Shown here one piece after another: positions 26,709-35,651 of a stretch of 58,736 nt of DNA (position 1 is its first letter; every line of letters starts with the position of its first letter). The stretch spans positions 1 through 58,736 of the forward strand of contig CAYTHS010000004.1 in assembly GCA_964437665.1 (NCBI GenBank), written 5' to 3'. The position numbers and the translations under genes are program-made. Origin of the DNA: an uncultured Oscillospiraceae bacterium. Lineage in GTDB: Bacteria; Bacillota; Clostridia; Christensenellales; CAG-138. The notes beneath the pieces were generated by a model. The model worked only from the letters and a program-made list of their open reading frames with translations. It had not been told where the DNA came from and did not search any database.

Positions 26709-27917
26709 CTAGAGCGCTTTGATTTTTTCACCGAGCGCTTCCAGTTCCGCTTCGCGTTCGCGGTCGGCTTCGCTTTGCGGACAGATATCCGTGCTCAGCG
26801 CTCCGGTCGGGCAAACGTCCGCGCATGCACCGCAGGCCCGGCACAGATCGGTATCGACATGCATGTTGGGGTAGTCGAGCGAACGCGCGCCGTAACTGCA
26901 TATGGTTACGCAGCGGCGGCAGTTCGAGCAGCCGCGCGCGCCGGTGCGCGCGTTGGCGTAAGGTTCAAAGGTGAATTTAAGCCGTGAAACCACGTCTGAT
27001 TCCGGCAGGAACGGCAGTACAGCGCCGCGCGCGGATTCGATATCCGGATACCCGAGTTCAGCAAGCAGAGAGGAAAGGTCGCGGCAAAGGCGTTCGACAA
27101 CGTCGATACCGCGCAGGATGCCGATCGTGCAGATGCCGACACAGGAGCAGCCGGCCATGAAATATTCCACCGCGTCGTGCGCGCTCATGCAACCGCCGGA
27201 TCCATAGAGGTTGCTAAAATCCGTGCGGCGCTTTGCGATACCTGCGTTGACATGCAGGCTCAGCGGCCGGAGCGCTTCGCCGCTCATCCAGCCGCGCCCG
27301 TCCGCACCGGCCAGCGCTGGTCGCGCATGCTCTACGTCGATCTTCAGCACGGGACCGATGGAGTCGATTGCGCAGATGCCGTCCGCGCCGTGTTCGATGC
27401 ACCGTATCCCCGCTTCGACCGCATCCGGCCAGTTGGTGGAGAGCTTGCAGACTACGGGGATATCCACGAGGTTTTTCGCGGTCTCGAGCATCGGGAGCAT
27501 CGCTTCTTCCGAATAGGAAACCAGTTCAATCATGTCCGCGCCTGCTTTCGCCGCGTCCGGAACGATCACGCGCGCTTCCTCAGGCGTGTGCCCGACGGAT
27601 GCAATCACGACCGCGCCGGCTTTTTTAGTCAGCGGGATTTCGCGCTCGTACCATTGTTCACGCTCCAAATCCGACCATTTTTCGCAGTTGACGAGCGAAC
27701 TGTGGCCGAACGCGGCGATATGCCGCACGGGGTTGATGGCGCGGCCGATGCGGATGGTCTTGGTCACAACCGCGCCGCAGCCTGCGCGGTGTGCGCGTAT
27801 CAGCCCCTCCGCATTGTAGCCAAGCGGTCCTGAACTAAGGATGAAAGGCGTTTTCAGCGGGACGCCGCAAAGCTCGGTCGAGATATCGGCTCCGGTAAGA
27901 GTGTTCGGTTCAAACAT
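26709..27917 (-). CDS. Dihydropyrimidine dehydrogenase PreA-like FMN TIM-barrel with C-terminal 2x[4Fe-4S], atypical active site
   Basis: PFILSSGP, GAVVTKT, KLSTN, GWMSG..LRPLSL, GSGG. C-terminal CSNCRRCVTIC and CRACGACADVCP. Confidence 0.8.
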   Translation of the reverse strand: MFEPNTLTGADISTELCGVPLKTPFILSSGPLGYNAEGLIRAHRAGCGAVVTKTIRIGRAINPVRHIAAFGHSSLVNCEKWSDLEREQWYEREIPLTKKAGAVVIASVGHTPEEARVIVPDAAKAGADMIELVSYSEEAMLPMLETAKNLVDIPVVCKLSTNWPDAVEAGIRCIEHGADGICAIDSIGPVLKIDVEHARPALAGADGRGWMSGEALRPLSLHVNAGIAKRRTDFSNLYGSGGCMSAHDAVEYFMAGCSCVGICTIGILRGIDVVERLCRDLSSLLAELGYPDIESARGAVLPFLPESDVVSRLKFTFEPYANARTGARGCSNCRRCVTICSYGARSLDYPNMHVDTDLCRACGACADVCPTGALSTDICPQSEADREREAELEALGEKIKAL

Positions 27918-29244
27918 GTTGGGTTTCCTCCTGTATTCCGGCCCAGAACTCCTTTGCGCATTGAGAAAGCTCCGCCTTTGTTTCGGCGGCGTTTACGGTG
28001 AGCAGACGGTGGTCCCTCTTAAGGAAACGGCCATTCGCCATCACGTCACAGACGTTCTGCGGGTTGCGGAAGAGTACGAGCTGGTCATAAACGTTATACC
28101 GGTTGATCGGGGTGGGCGTGTCGAGATCGATGGTGATCAGGTCCGCTTTGCAGCCCGGTTCAAGCCGGCCGGTATCCGGCAGTCCGGCCGCCCGTGCGCC
28201 GAGCGAGGTCGCCATGCGAAAAACGGCTTCGGCAGGCATCACGTTCGTGTCCTGACAGTGCGCTTTGGGGATTAAAAAAGCGCCGCGCATGATTTCGAAA
28301 AAATTATTGATATAGCCGTCCGAGCCGAGCCCGACCGTCATGCCGCGCGAGAGCATATCGCTCACTGGGGCGACCCCGCCGCCGACTTCGCAGTTGGACA
28401 GCGGCATATGTACGGCGCGCACGCCGCGTTTTGCGAGGATGTCCAGTTCGGCGGACGTAACCTGTACGCACTGGGAGGCGAGTACGGTTTCGTCCAGAAA
28501 GTTAAGCTCGTCGTATACTTCGACCGGACGTTTACCGTAGTGCGCAAGCGACCAGTCCGGCTCGAAAACGCTTTCCGAGAGGTGCATATGGATCCCGCAT
28601 CCGAGTTCGCCCGCAATGCGTTTTGCTTCCTTAATATATTCCGGGTTGCAGGTAAAGAGCGTGTGGATGCTCATCATGCCGGTTACGGAGGCTCCGCAAC
28701 GGTTGTGTGCGCGCACGAATCCGGCATTTTCCATAAGTCCCAGTCTGGCGGCCTTTTCGCCCGCCCGCTGACAGGCCTCGAATGTGAGGATTGCGCGAAG
28801 GCCTGCCTGCCGTGCAACGTCCCGCCCGATTTCCAGCGCGTGCGGAATTGCGTTCGGGGCTTCGAGCACATCCAAGAAGGTCGTCACGCCGCAGTCAATC
28901 ATCTCCGCCATGCCGTATGCGCTCGTTGCGCGGACAAGATCGTGATCGATGCGGTTTTCAACACACGGCCACCAGAAATCTTCCAGAAAACTGGAAAACC
29001 CGCCCGCGGGCACGGTCGCCGTGATGCCGTGGGAAAGCACGCCGTAAAGGTGCGTGTGGCCGTTGACGAATCCCGGAGCGATCAGCTTGTCCGGCACGTC
29101 GATAACGGAATCGCCCGGTTCGGGGGCGAGCGCCGCGTTTGGGCCGACCTGCAGAATGCGATCGCCCGACACGACCACGCCCGCGTTTTCAATCAGACCG
29201 TCCGGTCCTAAAAGGTATCCGCCGCGGATGACGATGCGGGACAT
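27910..29244 (-). CDS. Amidohydrolase, SsnA-like
   Basis: PGFVNGHTHLYGVLSHG, GVTTFLD, HTLFTC, IHMHLSES, HMPLSN, LGSDG. Start refined to ATG at 29244. Confidence 0.85.
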   Translation of the reverse strand: MSRIVIRGGYLLGPDGLIENAGVVVSGDRILQVGPNAALAPEPGDSVIDVPDKLIAPGFVNGHTHLYGVLSHGITATVPAGGFSSFLEDFWWPCVENRIDHDLVRATSAYGMAEMIDCGVTTFLDVLEAPNAIPHALEIGRDVARQAGLRAILTFEACQRAGEKAARLGLMENAGFVRAHNRCGASVTGMMSIHTLFTCNPEYIKEAKRIAGELGCGIHMHLSESVFEPDWSLAHYGKRPVEVYDELNFLDETVLASQCVQVTSAELDILAKRGVRAVHMPLSNCEVGGGVAPVSDMLSRGMTVGLGSDGYINNFFEIMRGAFLIPKAHCQDTNVMPAEAVFRMATSLGARAAGLPDTGRLEPGCKADLITIDLDTPTPINRYNVYDQLVLFRNPQNVCDVMANGRFLKRDHRLLTVNAAETKAELSQCAKEFWAGIQEETQHV

Positions 29245-29330
29245 ATTTGCCACCTCCGGTTCGGGGAATTGTCCGTTTCCCGTTTTGCTTTCCGGGAAAG
29301 GAAGGGGAAAAGGAACTTGTTTATCCTTTT

Positions 29331-30722
29331 CTATCTGGATATACGAGGGAGAACATGGATCGCTTCCCCGGTGAAACGCTGGACGCACTCCATAAACGCC
29401 TCCGAGAGTGTCGGGTGTGCGCGCATGGTGTGTGCGGCCTCTTCAACGGTGAGCATCGCCTTCATGGACGTTGCCGCCTCGGCGATCAGGTCGCTTGCAT
29501 GCGGCCCGGCGATATGCACCCCGAGGATACCACTGCAATCGCTCTTGGAGAGGATTTTGATAAATCCGTCCGTTTCACCGAGCGAAAGCGCTTTACCGTT
29601 GCCTGCAAAATGGTAACGAGAGACAGTGTAATCGACGCCGCTTTCCCTAAGTTGCGCCTCGGTTTGGCCAATGGCGGCGATTTCAGGGAAGGCGAATACG
29701 CAGTTTGGCACGAGTGCGTAATCCACGCGCGTGTGCATGCCGCACATGCGTTCGACGCAGACGCGGCCCTCGTCGGAGGCAACGTGGGCAAGCATAACGC
29801 GCCCGGTCACGTCGCCGATGGCGTAGATCCCGTTTACGTTCGTGCGGTAGTTTTCGTCAACCGGGACGCCCTTGCGGCCGAAAGCGACGCCCGCGGCTTC
29901 AAGGTGCAGCCCGTCCGCGCAGGGTACGCGGCCCGCGCAGGAAAGTACATGCGTGCAGTCGATCGAAACGGGGCCGTTCGGTCCGTCGACCGAAACGCAC
30001 AGATTACCAGGTGCTCCCTCGATCCCGGTCACTTTGGTTCCGGTCAGGATCGAAACGCCCTGTGCGCGGAGCCGTTTCGCGGCGAATTTTGCGAGTTCGC
30101 CGTCGAGGGTGGAGAGGATGGAAGGCAGGAATTCCACAATCGTGACCTGCGCGCCGAACGCGCGGTAAACGCCCGCCAGTTCCGTGCCGATCACGCCGCC
30201 GCCGACGAGCACGAGGTTTTCCGGGATTTCGTTCAGCCGGAGCGCGGAAGCGCTGTCCAGGACATAGTCGCGTTCAAAACCGGGAATCGGCAGTGTTACG
30301 GATTTGCTTCCGGTCGCGACGATAAAAGCGTCCGCCGTGCAGGTCTCGTTCCCGACACATAGGGTATTTGCGTCCAGGAAGGAGGCTTCGCCCGGCATAA
30401 CGGTCACGCCGTTGGCCTTTAGCAGCGAACGTACGCCGGAAACCAGCGTTGCGACAACTTTTTCCTTGCGCGTACGGGCTGCCTCGAGATCGAGACGAAC
30501 CGCTTCGGTGTGTACGCCGTAACGAGAGGCGTTTTTCGCCTCCATGAGCACCTCGGCGGTGCGATAGAGCGTTTTGGTCGGGATGCAGCCGTGGTTGAGA
30601 CACGTGCCGCCGATGCGTTCGCGTTCGATCAAAGCGACTTTTTTCCCCAGTTGTGCGGCGCGGATAGCCGCGACGTAGCCGCCCGGTCCGCCGCCGATGA
30701 CGATCAGTTCAAAATGCAGCAT
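29331..30722 (-). CDS. lpdA: Dihydrolipoamide dehydrogenase (E3)
   Basis: GGGPGGYVAAIRAAQLG, GGTCLNHGCIPTK, AIGDV, LAHVA..EG, HPTLSE. Confidence 0.95.
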   Translation of the reverse strand: MLHFELIVIGGGPGGYVAAIRAAQLGKKVALIERERIGGTCLNHGCIPTKTLYRTAEVLMEAKNASRYGVHTEAVRLDLEAARTRKEKVVATLVSGVRSLLKANGVTVMPGEASFLDANTLCVGNETCTADAFIVATGSKSVTLPIPGFERDYVLDSASALRLNEIPENLVLVGGGVIGTELAGVYRAFGAQVTIVEFLPSILSTLDGELAKFAAKRLRAQGVSILTGTKVTGIEGAPGNLCVSVDGPNGPVSIDCTHVLSCAGRVPCADGLHLEAAGVAFGRKGVPVDENYRTNVNGIYAIGDVTGRVMLAHVASDEGRVCVERMCGMHTRVDYALVPNCVFAFPEIAAIGQTEAQLRESGVDYTVSRYHFAGNGKALSLGETDGFIKILSKSDCSGILGVHIAGPHASDLIAEAATSMKAMLTVEEAAHTMRAHPTLSEAFMECVQRFTGEAIHVLPRISR

Positions 30723-30731
30723 GACGGCGCG

Positions 30732-32021
30732 TCACCTCCAGTCGGTTTCGTTCAGGATATCGACGACTTCCTGCAGATAGCGGCAGGCGGGCGCGCCGTT
30801 GAGCACGCGGTGATCGTAGGTCAGGCAAAGATTCATCACAGGCTCGATAAACACCCCGCCGTTCTTGGCGATCGGCATGTCCCGCAGTTTGCATACGCCA
30901 AGGATCGTTGTTTCCGGCGGGTTCAGAATCGGCGTGAACGAGGTCGCGCCCGCCATGGCGAGGTTTGTGACCGTCGTGGCAGCGTCGCCGAAGTCGCTTT
31001 CGGACAGCCCGCCGCTTTTGGAGCGTGCGGCGAGGCCGGAAACGTCCCGGCAGAGCGCGCGCAGCGTTTTTTTGTCCGCATTGCGCACGACGGGAACGAG
31101 CAGCCCGCGTTCGGTATCGACCGCTACGCCGATGTGCACCCCTTCCGGCAGAAGGAAGCTTTTTTCATCATGATACTGCATCCGCACGTCCTCGCGGGAA
31201 GCGAGCGCGCGGGACACGGCAAATACGATCATCGCCGTGTATGAAAGCTTGATTCCTTCTGCTGCATAGATCGGTTTGAGCCGTCTGTACGCCGAAGCGA
31301 GCAACGCAAAGCCGCTCTCGATGCAGACGGTTGTCTGCGCGGCGGTTTCGAGACTCTTTTTCATCGCGGCGGCGGTCGCGCGCTGTACACTGTTCATCGG
31401 GACGACCTTCACGCTCGCGGGCTTGCCGTACGTTTTCACGTCCGCGACGGTCACCATGCCAAGCAGCCCGGTGCCGCGGATATGCTCGTAAGAAAGGTGT
31501 TGCTTTTCGGCGAGCATCCTTGCGCGCGGCGTGATGGAAACCGGGTGTGCGGGGGATTGTTCCTTCGGCATGTCTGCCGCGGCGCGCACGTCGTCGATTG
31601 TGATTTTCCCATCGCGGGCGGTGCCGGTCACTGTGCTTGGATCTAATCCACGTTGCTGCATGACGGTTTTTGCGCGCGGGGTGGCGGATACCGCATAACC
31701 GGCGGACGACGGTTCAATCGCCGGCTTCGGCGCGGGTGCGGATTGTACAGCCCCGTGCGAAGACGCGGGGGAGGCGGACTCGCCCGGTTCGCCGATTGAG
31801 CAGATGGGTTCCCCGCATGGCGCGGAGTCGCCGGGTTCCAAAAAATATCGAAGCATCGTGCCGTCCGCAGAGGCGACGGCGTCGTTGGTGAGCTTTTCCG
31901 CTTCGATCACGGCGATCGGATCGCCGCGTTTCACCTTGGCGCCGATGGGAACGAGCCATTCGGAGACGACGCCTTCTTCCATAGACAGCCCGAATTTGGG
32001 CATAATTTCAATCGTTGCCAT
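30732..32021 (-). CDS. Dihydrolipoamide acyltransferase (E2), AcoC-like with two peripheral-subunit-binding domains
   Basis: MPKFGLSMEEG, lipoyl motif EAEKLTND, ATPRAK and ITPRAR binding domains, GLLVPVVR, TYDHRVLNG. Confidence 0.9.
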   Translation of the reverse strand: MATIEIMPKFGLSMEEGVVSEWLVPIGAKVKRGDPIAVIEAEKLTNDAVASADGTMLRYFLEPGDSAPCGEPICSIGEPGESASPASSHGAVQSAPAPKPAIEPSSAGYAVSATPRAKTVMQQRGLDPSTVTGTARDGKITIDDVRAAADMPKEQSPAHPVSITPRARMLAEKQHLSYEHIRGTGLLGMVTVADVKTYGKPASVKVVPMNSVQRATAAAMKKSLETAAQTTVCIESGFALLASAYRRLKPIYAAEGIKLSYTAMIVFAVSRALASREDVRMQYHDEKSFLLPEGVHIGVAVDTERGLLVPVVRNADKKTLRALCRDVSGLAARSKSGGLSESDFGDAATTVTNLAMAGATSFTPILNPPETTILGVCKLRDMPIAKNGGVFIEPVMNLCLTYDHRVLNGAPACRYLQEVVDILNETDWR

Positions 32022-32108
32022 TTTTTGCCCTCCCTGGGCGCGTATTTGTACTCGCGATGAAAAAAACGGGCCGAGGATGCGTTTCATCGCTGCCAAACGA
32101 CCGCCTTT

Positions 32109-33086
32109 TTAGAACGCCGCAATCTCTTTTGCGGCGCGTACAACGTCCGCAGACCTGAGCATATAATAGTCTTCGAGCACAGGCGCGAATGATACCGGCA
32201 CATCCAGGCACGTCACGCGTGCAACCGGCGCGGCGAGGTATTCAAAGTATTTTTCACCGATCATGGCGGAAATCTCCGCCGCCCAGCCGCCGACCTTCGG
32301 GCCTTCCTGCGCGATCACGAGACGCCCCGTCTTTGCGACCGACGCGGCGATCAGTTGCTCGTCGTAGGGCTTGATCGTGCGCAGATTGATCACTTCCGCC
32401 GAAACGCCTTCCTTTTCGAGTTCAGCTGCGGCTTTAAGCGCCATGCCGACGGTGATTTGCAGCGCGGCGATAGTCACGTCCGTGCCCTCGCGCTCGATCA
32501 CCCCCTTGCCGAGCGGCAGGGTATAGGGTTCCTCCGGCACGTCGCCCTTTGCGTTAAGCAGCATTTTATGCTCCAAAAAGAGCACCGGATCATCGCTCCG
32601 GATGGCGGAAATCAAGAGTCCTTTGGCTTCATACGGCGTGGCGGGGGAAACGATCACGAGGCCGGGAGTGCTTAAAAACCAGCTTTCGACCGTCGCGGAA
32701 TGATGGTAGGCGCAGCGGATACCCGCGCCCTGCGGCGCGCGGATGACGACGGGGCAGTTCGCCTCGCCCTGAAACATGAAGTTGAGCTTGGCGGAGCTGT
32801 TGACAATCTGGTCGAACGCAACGCCCGCGAAGTCCGCAAACATGATCTCCGCGACGGGCCGCAGCCCCGCGATGGCTGCGCCGTTTGCAAGGCCGACGAT
32901 TGCCGACTCGGAGAGTGCAGTGTCGAAAATGCGGTCCGGCCAGCGGTGATAGATGTTCTGCGTCAGGCCGAAATCGCCTCCCATTTTGGCGACGTCCTCG
33001 CCGAGCACGAACACGGAATCGTCCCGTTCCATCTCTTGGATCAGGGCTTCGTTGATCGCCTTGGTATAGGTCAGTTTGCGGCTCAT
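32109..33086 (-). CDS. TPP-dependent 2-oxoacid/acetoin dehydrogenase E1 beta
   Basis: VLGEDV, DTALSESAIVG, PVAEIMF.DF, HHS..VE, DDPVLFLEHK. Confidence 0.92.
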   Translation of the reverse strand: MSRKLTYTKAINEALIQEMERDDSVFVLGEDVAKMGGDFGLTQNIYHRWPDRIFDTALSESAIVGLANGAAIAGLRPVAEIMFADFAGVAFDQIVNSSAKLNFMFQGEANCPVVIRAPQGAGIRCAYHHSATVESWFLSTPGLVIVSPATPYEAKGLLISAIRSDDPVLFLEHKMLLNAKGDVPEEPYTLPLGKGVIEREGTDVTIAALQITVGMALKAAAELEKEGVSAEVINLRTIKPYDEQLIAASVAKTGRLVIAQEGPKVGGWAAEISAMIGEKYFEYLAAPVARVTCLDVPVSFAPVLEDYYMLRSADVVRAAKEIAAF

Positions 33087-34066
33087 CGTTCCACCTCCAC
33101 CGTAAATCCTTCGTATACGTGCGAAACCGCTTCCGAAACGTCCGGTACGGGGCTTTCGATCGAGAAACGCAGCATTTCTTTTATCTGCGCGTCTACATCG
33201 CCCTCGATGGCCCCGAGTTCTTCTTCGGATACTTTTTCGCGTTCCTTAAGTACGTTTCTCGTGAGCAGCACGGGGTCGCGCTTTTTCCAGTAGGCGAGCT
33301 CTTCTTCCGGCCGGTAGGAGGCGGGGTCTCCTGCAAAGTGCCCCTGCCATCGGTAGGTAACGAACTCGATCAGCGACGGGCCGCCGCCGCTTCTGGCGAT
33401 CTGCACCGCCTGTTCCGTGGTTTCGACGACGGCTTCCACATCGTTTCCGTCCACACGCCACGAAGGCACGCCGTAGCCGTCCGCCCACTGGCGCAGTTCT
33501 TGCTGCGGGTGCGCGGTGCCGCAGGGCGTCGAGATCGCGTAGCCGTTGTTGATGAGGCAGTAGACCACCGGCAGTTTCCAGGTTGCGGCCATGTTCAGGC
33601 TCTCGTGGCAGGTGCCTTCACCAAGCGTTCCATCGCCCATGAATACGGCGGAAACGTCGTCCGTGTGGCGGTATTTGGCCGCGAACGCCGTTCCGAGCGC
33701 GGTGACGACGGTCGAACCCTGAATGCCGTTGAAGCCGTGATTCCGGCAGGACCAGTCGTGGATATGCATGGAACCGCCGCGGCCGCCGTTGACGCCCGTG
33801 GCCTTGCCGAAAATCTCGGCCATAACGTATTTGGGATCGGTTCCGCATAAAAGAATCGCCCCGTGGCCGCGGTGGTCGGGGTATTTGTAGTCTGTTTTTC
33901 TCAGCGCGCGCACCACGCCCGCCTGACAGGCTTCCTGCCCGGTGGAAAGGTGCACGAAACCGGGGATGGTGCCGTTCGCTGCATATTCCTTGATCACGTC
34001 TTCAAAATTGCGGATCAAAAACATATCGCGGTAAAGTCCCTTGAGACGCTCTTTTTCCAATGCCAT
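33083..34066 (-). CDS. TPP-dependent 2-oxoacid/acetoin dehydrogenase E1 alpha
   Basis: PGFVHLSTGQEA, HRGHG, GRGGSMH, GDG..GEG...ESLNMAA.WKLPV....NN, TYRW.GH..GD. Confidence 0.92.
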   Translation of the reverse strand: MALEKERLKGLYRDMFLIRNFEDVIKEYAANGTIPGFVHLSTGQEACQAGVVRALRKTDYKYPDHRGHGAILLCGTDPKYVMAEIFGKATGVNGGRGGSMHIHDWSCRNHGFNGIQGSTVVTALGTAFAAKYRHTDDVSAVFMGDGTLGEGTCHESLNMAATWKLPVVYCLINNGYAISTPCGTAHPQQELRQWADGYGVPSWRVDGNDVEAVVETTEQAVQIARSGGGPSLIEFVTYRWQGHFAGDPASYRPEEELAYWKKRDPVLLTRNVLKEREKVSEEELGAIEGDVDAQIKEMLRFSIESPVPDVSEAVSHVYEGFTVEVER

Positions 34067-34287
34067 AATCATTCCTCCGATTTCAGATGCTCGACGCTGT
34101 CTGCGGTTTCTATAGATTCCCCGCGCGGCGCAGAAATGCCGGAGCGGGCGTTGTATGCATAAGAGGTGTGGCTGCCGGATGGGCGAGAACCGCTGTTTTG
34201 CGGCGCGGCGCCGCAGATACGACCGATAAGATTTTTAATGGAGAGACGTATTTTTGAATGGCTGGCGCGAATGTATCGCGCCAGCCG

Positions 34288-34360
34288 CAGGCTTTCAAAA
34301 GTCCCTGGGATTGTTAAGAGGCGCTGCCCCTTAACCCGTGTATATGCCGGCCGTGCCGGT
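34288..34360 (-). mobile_element. MITE-like family 1, partial copy B
   Basis: gtccctgggattgttaag...cttaacccg..tat..ccggc.gtgccggt matches the reverse complement of the right half of copy A. It abuts the hairpin ggctggcgcga-atgta-tcgcgccagcc. Confidence 0.6.
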
Positions 34361-34366
34361 CAGCCC

Positions 34367-35125
34367 TTATGCGCCGGGCTGGATATAGAGGATGCTGTAG
34401 AGCGTATATTCGCCGATGCCCGGGACCTCCGCGTCTACGCGGTCTTCGATCCAGGAGATATAGCATTCGCCGATTTCGTCGGCGGCGACGTTATGAGTGT
34501 ATTCGTCGGTGCAGATGAAGTCATAGCTGTCTGCTTCGACCATGCCGAGCGCGTCAAACACGTCCTGAACGCTGATTTTGTCCTTATAGGAGGTCATGAA
34601 CGCATCCGAACCGAAATTGATGTACGCAACTTCCCAGACAGCCCAGTCGGGGTCCTGCGCTTCGCCGACGACGACAGGGGCGTTGTCGCCTTCCAGCGTC
34701 AGGTACTTCTGGAGGATATCGCTGAGGACTTCGTCGCCGACATAACCGTCCGAGCCGATCACCTGCACGTCCTCGTTGCCCATGACGCCGCACTTGTCGT
34801 ACACTTCCTGAATCGAGTATGCCGAACGAAGATCGCCCTCGTAACGGGGCTGGTCGCTGGGGGTCAGGCCTTCGATGGCGTTATTCCACACGATGATGCG
34901 GGAAACGCCTTCCGCTGTGTCGGCAGGCTCTTCCGCCGCTTCGGCGGGTTCTTCCGCTGCTTCAGCGGGTTCTTCCGCCGCTTCAGCAGGCTCTTCCGCC
35001 GCTTCGGCGGGTTCTTCCGCTGCTTCGGCGGCGGGCTCGGTCGTCTCGGGTGCTTCCTGCGCGGTGCACGCAAACAGCGAAAATACCATCAACAGAGCAA
35101 ACAGCAAAGCAAGAGTTTTTTTCAC
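34367..35125 (-). CDS. Acidic lipoprotein with an (EAAEEPA)5 linker and two internally repeated domains
   Basis: GTG start with AAGGAGG RBS, lipobox LFAC. First gene of the ~17.6-kb minus-strand operon. Confidence 0.8.
   Translation of the reverse strand: MKKTLALLFALLMVFSLFACTAQEAPETTEPAAEAAEEPAEAAEEPAEAAEEPAEAAEEPAEAAEEPADTAEGVSRIIVWNNAIEGLTPSDQPRYEGDLRSAYSIQEVYDKCGVMGNEDVQVIGSDGYVGDEVLSDILQKYLTLEGDNAPVVVGEAQDPDWAVWEVAYINFGSDAFMTSYKDKISVQDVFDALGMVEADSYDFICTDEYTHNVAADEIGECYISWIEDRVDAEVPGIGEYTLYSILYIQPGA
34926..35030. repeat. Five tandem 21-bp coding repeats
   Basis: Unit gg(c/t)tcttccgc(c/t)gcttc(a/g)gc(g/a) x5 with no spacers. Units 1 and 4 are identical. Confidence 0.95.
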
Positions 35126-35217
35126 GATGGGTCCCTCCTTAAAGATGTTTCGGGCGGCAATACGTCCGATAAATATATTCTAAACTACCCGCGGCGCGGA
35201 TGTATATAATAATTGCC

Positions 35218-35229
35218 GCACATTTGTGC
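35218..35229. promoter_or_regulatory. Palindromic candidate operator GCACATTTGTGC
   Basis: Lies in the second divergent promoter region and shares its core with 15881-15894. Confidence 0.5.
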
Positions 35230-35321
35230 ATGTTTATCCATTCCTGCTGAAATGGGGCTGTTTTTCACGCAGGATTACGGTAGAATCATGTATATACTGT
35301 TGGAGAGGCGGTGAGCGGGCG

Positions 35322-35651
35322 GTGCGCAGAGTGACGCGGCATCCCGTGATAGAGATTGAACCGAAGGCTGAAATAACGATTGTTGCAGACGGAAAAACGC
35401 TGTATGCGCACGAGGGCGAAACCGTCGCCGCTGCATTGAGCGCCAACGGTATACGCGTGTTCCGGCATACGGCGAAACGGCACGAGCCACGCGGGATTTT
35501 CTGCGGGATTGGCCAGTGTACGGACTGCGTGATGGAGATCGACGGCGTTCCGAACCGGCGCGCGTGCATGACGATCGTGCGAGAAGGCATGGTCGTCAAT
35601 ACGCAGCAAGGTAACGGGAAATGCGGGGTAGGATGCGATGCAGATGTATGA
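35322..35651 (+). CDS. (2Fe-2S)-binding protein, HcnA / sarcosine oxidase alpha N-terminal-like
   Basis: GETVAAAL..NG, PRGIFCGIGQCTDC.M.IDG.PN.RAC. GTG start. Confidence 0.88.
   Translation: MRRVTRHPVIEIEPKAEITIVADGKTLYAHEGETVAAALSANGIRVFRHTAKRHEPRGIFCGIGQCTDCVMEIDGVPNRRACMTIVREGMVVNTQQGNGKCGVGCDADV

Noticed and set aside
3276-29244. Selenocysteine-containing subunits, given YgeY/SsnA/Xdh links to selenium
   Set aside because: No in-frame TGA interrupts any of these ORFs. Labile-selenium dependence cannot be judged from sequence.
29245-29330. Two hairpins between lpdA and the SsnA-like gene as a riboswitch or terminator
   Set aside because: There is no U-tract in the sense direction and no known aptamer; most likely mRNA-stabilising or processing stems.
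34926-35030. Regular 21-bp repeats as a possible CRISPR array
   Set aside because: There are no spacers, the repeats are in-frame coding (EAAEEPA) with third-position variation, and no cas genes are present.
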